DNA of 48,929 nt from Vulcanimicrobiaceae bacterium (GTDB lineage Bacteria; Vulcanimicrobiota; Vulcanimicrobiia; Vulcanimicrobiales; Vulcanimicrobiaceae): positions 1 to 48,929 of the forward strand of contig DATBTN010000042.1 of assembly GCA_036559195.1 (NCBI GenBank). Reading direction: 5' to 3'. Positions 44,019-48,929 of the stretch are shown here, piece after piece. Position 1 is the first letter of the stretch; every line of letters begins with the position of its first letter. Below the pieces are notes generated by a model, which had not been told where the DNA came from, made no database searches, and saw only the letters and a program-made list of their open reading frames with translations. The translations under genes and the position numbers were made by a program.

Positions 44019-44462
44019 TCACGCGTTCTTGAGCGGGCGTCGTTTTCCGGCCGCGACCGCCGTGCAGGCTTTCTCGATTCGTTCTTTACGGGTCTCGGGC
44101 TGGTTAGCCGAACCTATCCAACTGATGAACTCTCTGCGCTCGATTGGCGTAAGATCGCTCCATCGTGCCTTTGCTGCCGGCGTAGCCGTAAGCGCTTTGT
44201 GAAGATCGAGCGGCACGATCGAGAAACAACAGGGGCGTCGCTTACCGGCGGCAACCGTCTCGCAGGTTCTCTCGATCCGGCGTCTGCGGGTTTCCGATTG
44301 TTTGGCGCCGTCTATCCAACTAATAAAGTCCATGCGCGCGATCGGCGTAAGATCGTTCCATCGAGCCTTCGCGATCGGCGCGGCTGCGAGAGCCCTGCGA
44401 AGATCCGCGGGAACTACGGGCTCTGATTCTTTGTCGGTCGATTGAAGATTCGCAGTGCCCAT
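44019..44462 (-). CDS. YdeI/OmpD-associated (bacteriocin-protection) family protein with an internal tandem domain duplication
   Basis: 147 aa. Two repeats: ...VPADLRRALAAAPIAKARWNDLTPIARMDFISWIDGAKQSETRRRRIERTCETVAAGKRRP and VPLDLHKALTATPAAKARWSDLTPIERREFISWIGSANQPETRKERIEKACTAVAAGKRRP. The opposite-strand ORF 43947-44426 is Arg-rich and rejected. Confidence 0.7.
   Translation of the reverse strand: MGTANLQSTDKESEPVVPADLRRALAAAPIAKARWNDLTPIARMDFISWIDGAKQSETRRRRIERTCETVAAGKRRPCCFSIVPLDLHKALTATPAAKARWSDLTPIERREFISWIGSANQPETRKERIEKACTAVAAGKRRPLKNA
44030..44410. repeat. about 195-bp tandem direct repeat (2 copies, roughly 75% identity) underlying the duplicated YdeI domain
   Basis: Shared blocks CTATCCAACT (44113 and 44312) and GGCGTAAGATCG(C/T)TCCATCG(T/A)GCCTT. 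Confidence 0.5.
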
Positions 44463-44855
44463 TGCTTAAATGCAAGCCCAAGATTACGGAAGCAGTTTGA
44501 AAGTTGCGTTGCCCGAGACCGTGACCGTCGCGAGCCCCGCGACGCCCGGAGCGAACGGGTTGATCGTCACCGCTGCCGGCTTGAGAAGATCGAGTGCAGC
44601 ACCCGCATGAACGGACCGGAATCCGCCACAGCCGCCGGACTTCAGTTGTCTTGGCGCTGATCCTGCTCTCATCGAGGTCGATAACAATCGGAGAGGGCGT
44701 CGCAATCGGTTAGTTGGTTGCTAAACGTAGTGAGAAAGAAGCCGGGGTCCACTTTTTCGGGCCTCTCGTATGCACGGCATCTGACCGATGCTGTCGCCTC
44801 CTGGCTTTACAATAAGGACACCGTTTCCCCGCTCGCCCTGGAGGAGATCTAGACC

Positions 44856-45167
44856 TTGGACCCAGTGCGCATCCACGTCACCCGGCTTGGCAACGGCTAC
44901 ATCGCGGAAAGCCAAATGGACATCGCGGCCGTTGGTGCAACAGCCGAAGAAGCCGTTGAAAACGCTCGTCGTATGGCTATAGATCTGTTCGATTCATTTT
45001 CGACGCCGTATCCCGCGACCTTGATTGTTCGCATCGAAGAGCCGCATCGCGACAGCATAGCAATGCAGTCAATGGGAACGCCATTCTCATTGAAGGAACT
45101 GGGCAAAGAGTTTGGATCATACTACTTCGACTCTGCCGGCAATGACCACTCGCCAACGCGTCCTTAA
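44856..45167 (+). CDS. HicB-like (UPF0150) antitoxin-fold protein, orphan
   Basis: TTG start with GGAGGAG 11 nt upstream. VRIHVTRLGNGYIAESQMDIAAVGATAEEAVENARRMAIDL matches the HicB N-domain consensus. No HicA-like ORF nearby. Confidence 0.55.
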   Translation: MDPVRIHVTRLGNGYIAESQMDIAAVGATAEEAVENARRMAIDLFDSFSTPYPATLIVRIEEPHRDSIAMQSMGTPFSLKELGKEFGSYYFDSAGNDHSPTRP

Positions 45168-45206
45168 GCGCTCTTTTCACGGTTCGCTGGCGAGGCATCC
45201 GTCTGA

Positions 45207-45416
45207 ATTTACTGCGCTTCACGGCGCGGCGATGTCGTGCTCGATCTGTCGACGACGGAACATCTGGACTGCTCGTGCCTTGGCGTGCTGATCGGCAAGC
45301 TGCACCAATGGAGGGAGCATGATCCCGAGACGCAGCTGCGCCTCCTTCATGTCGCACCGCGTTTGGCGCGGATGCTTTCTCTTGCGAATCTGGATCAGCT
45401 ATTCATACTCGATTGA
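45207..45416 (+). pseudogene. STAS-domain (anti-sigma-factor antagonist, SpoIIAA/RsbV-like) C-terminal fragment
   Basis: The frame reads GDVVLDLSTTEHLDCSCLGVLIGKLHQWREHDPETQLRLLHVAPRLARMLSLANLDQLFILD*. This is the second half of a STAS domain, including the conserved DLS…LD.S.LG(V)L region where the phosphorylatable Ser normally sits. The N-terminal half is missing in all frames. The only internal start is a GTG at 45237. Confidence 0.4.
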
Positions 45417-45534
45417 TCTGGCTAGAGCCGACTATCAGATCTGCCTGTTGCTTAGCAAGCCCGGTCGCCGCGACATCGTGCATTGGGAACCGCGCGTCGC
45501 CGACGCCCTCCAGGACGCTGCCCAGATTAATACA

Positions 45535-46356
45535 TTAATAGGTGCTGCCGGCGTGACCGTCTGAGCTGGGACTCGCGGACCCATCCTGTCTCTTAGTAAC
45601 GAGGCGCGCGTCGGCATCCATGTCGGCCGTCTTGCTAATAGAATACCCCATGATGCCCTTCAGCTCGTGTTCCACGGTATCGTAACACTCGCAGGACGCC
45701 GATTCGAGTCCGCTCCGATTGCGTATGGAAATGTGCCCGCGCGAGTACGAAATAAACCCAGCTTCTTGTAGAGCAGACGCAGCGATGGTTACGCTGCCAC
45801 GTCGAACCCCGAGCATTTGCCCCAAGAATTCTTGAGTCAACAACACAACGTCGCCTTCAACGCGATCGTGCGCCATTAAAAGCCAGCGGGCGCATCGTTC
45901 GTTGGCCGGATGATGGCTATTGCACGCGACCGACTGTGCAAGAGCAATGGTCGTTGCGTATGCGTAGCGCTCCACGTACGCTTGGAGTTCCGGCTCGCTT
46001 TGGAGCGCCGCCCGAAAGTGGTCGGCAGATATGCACTCCGCCGAATCTCCCACTTGCACGTTGGACCGGTGTCGTGCGATGGATTGACCGAGCGCCACGG
46101 TGTGACCGGACATACCTTCGCGACCGACAATACCGATTTCGACAGTTTCGCCCTCGCGCAGATCCGCGACAACCGAGATAATGCTGTGGATCGGAAAAAA
46201 CAGCGCGTCCATCGGTTCACCCGCCGCGTAAATCTCGCGCGTGTGCTTTAGCGACACATGCTGAAGGTGCGGATGAAGAGCCGCTCGCGCGGCCGCTGGC
46301 ATTTTATCCAAAAAGACATTGCCCGTTGTGTGAGTTGGCGAGAAAGCATCCGCCAT
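45535..46356 (-). CDS. Crp/Fnr-family transcriptional regulator
   Basis: cNMP-binding-like domain (REIYAAGEPMDALFFPIHSIISVV…) followed by an HTH (LTQEFLGQMLGVRRGSVTIAASALQEAGFI). Start chosen at MADAFSPTH with GGTGA upstream. The 200-aa N-terminal extension of ORF 45535-46965 was rejected. Confidence 0.8.
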   Translation of the reverse strand: MADAFSPTHTTGNVFLDKMPAAARAALHPHLQHVSLKHTREIYAAGEPMDALFFPIHSIISVVADLREGETVEIGIVGREGMSGHTVALGQSIARHRSNVQVGDSAECISADHFRAALQSEPELQAYVERYAYATTIALAQSVACNSHHPANERCARWLLMAHDRVEGDVVLLTQEFLGQMLGVRRGSVTIAASALQEAGFISYSRGHISIRNRSGLESASCECYDTVEHELKGIMGYSISKTADMDADARLVTKRQDGSASPSSDGHAGSTY

Positions 46357-46429
46357 CGAGATCACCACTTTTGCCAGCCTCATAGGTGACTGGCGATTCG
46401 GGGATTGCTCGATTAGGGTCCGACCGATA

Positions 46430-46445
46430 GGTCTATGATTAGACC
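46430..46445. promoter_or_regulatory. inverted repeat GGTCTA-tgat-TAGACC in the crp / rsbW-like divergent intergenic region
   Basis: Perfect 6-bp arms with a 4-nt spacer, 75 bp upstream of the crp start. Confidence 0.3.
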
Positions 46446-46662
46446 GGCGACCGCGCACCTTTTTCACAAGTACGGCGAGGTTTCCGAGCTTCGAGTAATC
46501 TCGGTGCCGGCCTGCCGCGAAGCCGAGCTTTGGCAGAAAGTGGCCACCACTATGTATGGAATCGTGCTTATAGGGTAAGAAGTGGCGGAGCGGCCCGGCA
46601 ACCCCACGAGGACACCGTACAACACAGAGGCCCGGAAAGGTCCGGAGGCCTCGGGGGCAACA

Positions 46663-47151
46663 ATGGAATGGCAGTTTCAAGCAGCTGACGCAAGACTCGC
46701 CCTTTACGCGCGACACGGGTTTTTGGATGCGTTGCAGCAGGCGTGCACATCGGAGTCCGATTGCAAAAGCGCCGAAATCGCCTTTGGCGAGCTGGTCGCA
46801 AACGTTGTGCGACACGCGCCCGGGCCCATCGAAATTACCGTAGAGTCCGACGCGCACGGCCTCGTGACGCTCGACGTCTGCGATTCGGGCGCGGGCTTCG
46901 TGCTGATGCACTCTTTGCCGCCGAGGAACAGCGAGTCCGGGCGCGGCTTGTTTATTGTCGCGCAACTCTGCACGAACCTGTCATCGACGCGATTGGTAAG
47001 TGGAAACAAGGTGAGCGTGGTGCTGCCGGTCATTGCTGCGGTAAGCGATCTTCACTTGGCGGACGACAAACATGCGCCTGGAGCGCCCGAAGAATGCGGA
47101 ATGGTTGAGGAACGACCTGAATGCCGTTCATTGGCTGATGGAACCCAATAA
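46663..47151 (+). CDS. anti-sigma regulatory factor, RsbW/SpoIIAB-like Ser-protein kinase (HATPase_c_2)
   Basis: AEIAFGELVANVVRHAPGPIEITVESDAHGLVTLDVCDSGAGF…GRGLFIV carries the N-box, G1 and G2 motifs of the GHKL-type anti-sigma kinases. ATG at 46663 with GGAGG upstream. Confidence 0.75.
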   Translation: MEWQFQAADARLALYARHGFLDALQQACTSESDCKSAEIAFGELVANVVRHAPGPIEITVESDAHGLVTLDVCDSGAGFVLMHSLPPRNSESGRGLFIVAQLCTNLSSTRLVSGNKVSVVLPVIAAVSDLHLADDKHAPGAPEECGMVEERPECRSLADGTQ

Positions 47152-47245
47152 GTATTGCCCGCAGCTCGGAGGCCAAGAACGGTATCAGCACGACGATTTT
47201 CACTTGTGCGTAGGACCTCTAAATGGACAATTGCTTGGAATCGCG

Positions 47246-48331
47246 TCAAAGTTCGCGAAGGTAATCTGCGATGGCGGCGTGTCCGAGATACTCAGCCCAA
47301 TCCAGCGGCGTACGGTTATAGCGAATATCCTTGATGCTCCGGTCTGCGCCGCGCTCGACCAACAGCCGCACGACCTTCTCTTGGCCCGAGGCCACCGCTT
47401 GGTGCAGCGGCGTGGCGTGCGAGTGTGCACCGACAGGACTGAACCGGTTCACGTGAGCGCCGGCGTCCAATAGCAAGGTAACGAGGTCGGCATGACCGTG
47501 GTTGGCGGCCACCGCGAGGGCGGCGTCGAGCTGCTCCGCCGTGGCCGTCGCGACCATCGCGCGCGCGTCGTCTATTCTTCCGAGCGCCGCGGCAACCGGA
47601 AGATCGAGCGTAGCGCCGCTCTCAAGGAGCGCTTCGACAGCGGCGAACTCGCCGTACAGCGCAGCAATGCGCGCTGCGGGTGTGGGATCCGCACCGTAGC
47701 TGCAGAGCAGCGCGACCAAATCGAGCTGAACGCCGTATCGGCGTGCGACAAGGCTCGATGCGACAAGTTCGAGAGCGGAGTCCAGGCCGGCGCGATCGTC
47801 GGCCGCTCCGGCATCTAAGATGACTCGTGCGACCACGGCGATGTTCGGCGGAAGCGTTCCATGCCGCGTGGGATTCTCGGCGATAAACTCCAAAAGCGCC
47901 GGATTGGTGAAATAGTTCGAGCCGGGAAGGGCGACGTGCTGGCGGACGAGATGGGGATGCCCGTGCAGCCATGCGCGCAGTTCGCCGGCGCGTCCAGCGT
48001 CCAGCAACTCGACGGCATGCCGAAACGCCGGGTCTTTTATACGCTCATGCGTCGGCGCCTGTAGGTCTTCGCGGTCTGGAGCCTCGATGTAGTCCTTGAG
48101 CTGCGGCCAGCTCGGAAAGCCGTACTCGCGCGCGATCGTAAGCTGTGCGTCGCTGAGCTTGAATATTGACTTCGCGATCTCCGCGTCGTTTGCGCGGCGA
48201 AACCGAGGATGAAACTCTCGGATCCGTTGGGCCGCGGCCATCGTACCGGCGCGATGCGCGTCGAGGAGATCCTTCGCCTGTTTCTTGAGATGATCCAGGC
48301 TGGGACGCGTGGGAAGAAGCTTTGTGGGCAT
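47246..48331 (-). CDS. ankyrin-repeat protein (C-terminal ANK repeats) with an N-terminal domain of unknown function
   Basis: 361 aa. Repeats with the TPLHxA / G(A)D motif (ANHGHADLVTLLLDAGAHVN, ATPLHQAVASGQEKVVRLLVERGADRS). SD sequence GAAAGGAAG upstream of the ATG. Confidence 0.8.
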   Translation of the reverse strand: MPTKLLPTRPSLDHLKKQAKDLLDAHRAGTMAAAQRIREFHPRFRRANDAEIAKSIFKLSDAQLTIAREYGFPSWPQLKDYIEAPDREDLQAPTHERIKDPAFRHAVELLDAGRAGELRAWLHGHPHLVRQHVALPGSNYFTNPALLEFIAENPTRHGTLPPNIAVVARVILDAGAADDRAGLDSALELVASSLVARRYGVQLDLVALLCSYGADPTPAARIAALYGEFAAVEALLESGATLDLPVAAALGRIDDARAMVATATAEQLDAALAVAANHGHADLVTLLLDAGAHVNRFSPVGAHSHATPLHQAVASGQEKVVRLLVERGADRSIKDIRYNRTPLDWAEYLGHAAIADYLREL

Positions 48332-48745
48332 AACAGACTTCCTTTCGTTGTTGCGCCCGACGTCCGCATAGCAGGCAGAAAGTCCGTTATGAATCGATTC
48401 GTTTTACGAGGGTGGGCTCTGCCCTTTCCGCGGACCGGATGCGCCCCTAGCGCTCGACATCCAGAGTACTCGACCCATAGCTCTTTTCCTCGTATGGCTG
48501 TTGAGACGTGATTGAGAATATCCCACGGTTTACTGGGAACGGGTACATATCGCTCCGCCTTGTCGGCACCAATCCCGTCGGCGAAGACGCAATTAAGCTG
48601 ACCTTCGTTACTGAGTGAGCGGGACGCGTGTGTTTGGGCATTGCACTACAGACATAACGCGCCCCGACGATGCCGGAGCGCGTTATTGCATTGTCCAAGC
48701 TTAAGCGTGTAACATTTAACGAAACACGCGGATATTTTTAACTTT

Positions 48746-48929
48746 TAACTACACCCGCTCGTGGAACCGCAGCTGTCGCATTTTTCGCAGGAGCCGTTGC
48801 GGACCATCGTTAGTTGGCCGCATTCGCCGCAGGCGTTTCCAGTGTAGCCTTTGGCTTTGGAGGCGGTGATCTCTGAGGTTTTGGTCATCGTCGCCATTGC
48901 CACGTTTGTAGCCGCTCCGGTCGACGGCG
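48746..48929 (-). CDS. nrdJ: class II (B12-dependent) ribonucleotide reductase NrdJ, C-terminal zinc-ribbon end only; gene continues past window end
   Basis: The minus-strand translation ends …GYTGNACGECGQLTMVRNGSCEKCDSCGSTSGCS*. This is the characteristic CxxC…CxxC C-terminus of NrdJ enzymes. Confidence 0.65.

Noticed and set aside
43947-44426. Plus-strand ORF 43947-44426 (159 aa)
   Set aside because: It is antisense to the YdeI-family gene. The translation is Arg/Ser-rich with no domain, while the minus strand gives two clean YdeI repeats.
45535-46965. Full 476-aa minus-strand ORF for the Crp/Fnr gene
   Set aside because: The first ~200 residues (Arg/Cys/Pro-rich) have no cNMP-domain similarity and run across the whole divergent intergenic region into the rsbW-like promoter area. 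The regulator domain begins at MADAFSPTH (46356).
48654-48686. Hairpin ATAACGCGC-(15 nt)-GCGCGTTAT as an intrinsic terminator for nrdJ
   Set aside because: Perfect 9-bp stem but no U-tract on either strand, and a 15-nt loop. Kept only as part of the structured-leader observation, not as a terminator feature.
1-48929. CRISPR arrays, IS elements, integrases, rRNA genes
   Set aside because: No short regularly spaced direct repeats were found. No transposase, recombinase or integrase-like ORFs were found. No 16S/23S/5S-like conserved blocks were seen in the window.

Overview
High-GC (~65%) bacterial chromosomal segment, gene-dense, with no IS element, integrase or CRISPR array. The 5' end carries rnpB (type A RNase P RNA), two tRNA-Ala genes (GGC and TGC), a leaderless higBA toxin-antitoxin pair and a tRNA-Ile. 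Next to the tRNA-Ile is a small minus-strand cassette: a lytic-transglycosylase-domain protein without a signal peptide, a glycine-zipper/coiled-coil protein, and a short gene that copies that protein's C-terminal tail. A long plus-strand housekeeping operon follows, driven by a near-consensus sigma70 promoter: yceD-rpmF-fabH-fabD-fabG-acpP-ffh-rpsP-KH-rimM, with no plsX or fabF. The middle of the window encodes many secreted and envelope proteins: a three-member secreted paralogous family, a BNR/sortilin-like giant protein, an OM beta-barrel, MsrA, an M3 peptidase and others. It also holds a GntR-SPFH-hydrolase operon with a clear promoter and operator, an HxlR-DoxX divergent pair, and a lipoprotein + two ABC ATPases + fused double-FtsX permease exporter. 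Further on are UbiB, two GNAT acetyltransferases, a ClC channel, an APC permease and a dehydrogenase. The 3' ~6 kb looks accessory or decaying: a frameshifted LCM-type methyltransferase, mazEF, an internally duplicated YdeI protein, an orphan HicB-like gene, a STAS-domain fragment, a Crp/Fnr regulator, an RsbW-like anti-sigma kinase and an ankyrin-repeat protein. The window ends in the 3' end of nrdJ. Gene starts are often approximate because high GC produces many overlapping ORFs; long Arg-rich antisense ORFs were discarded.
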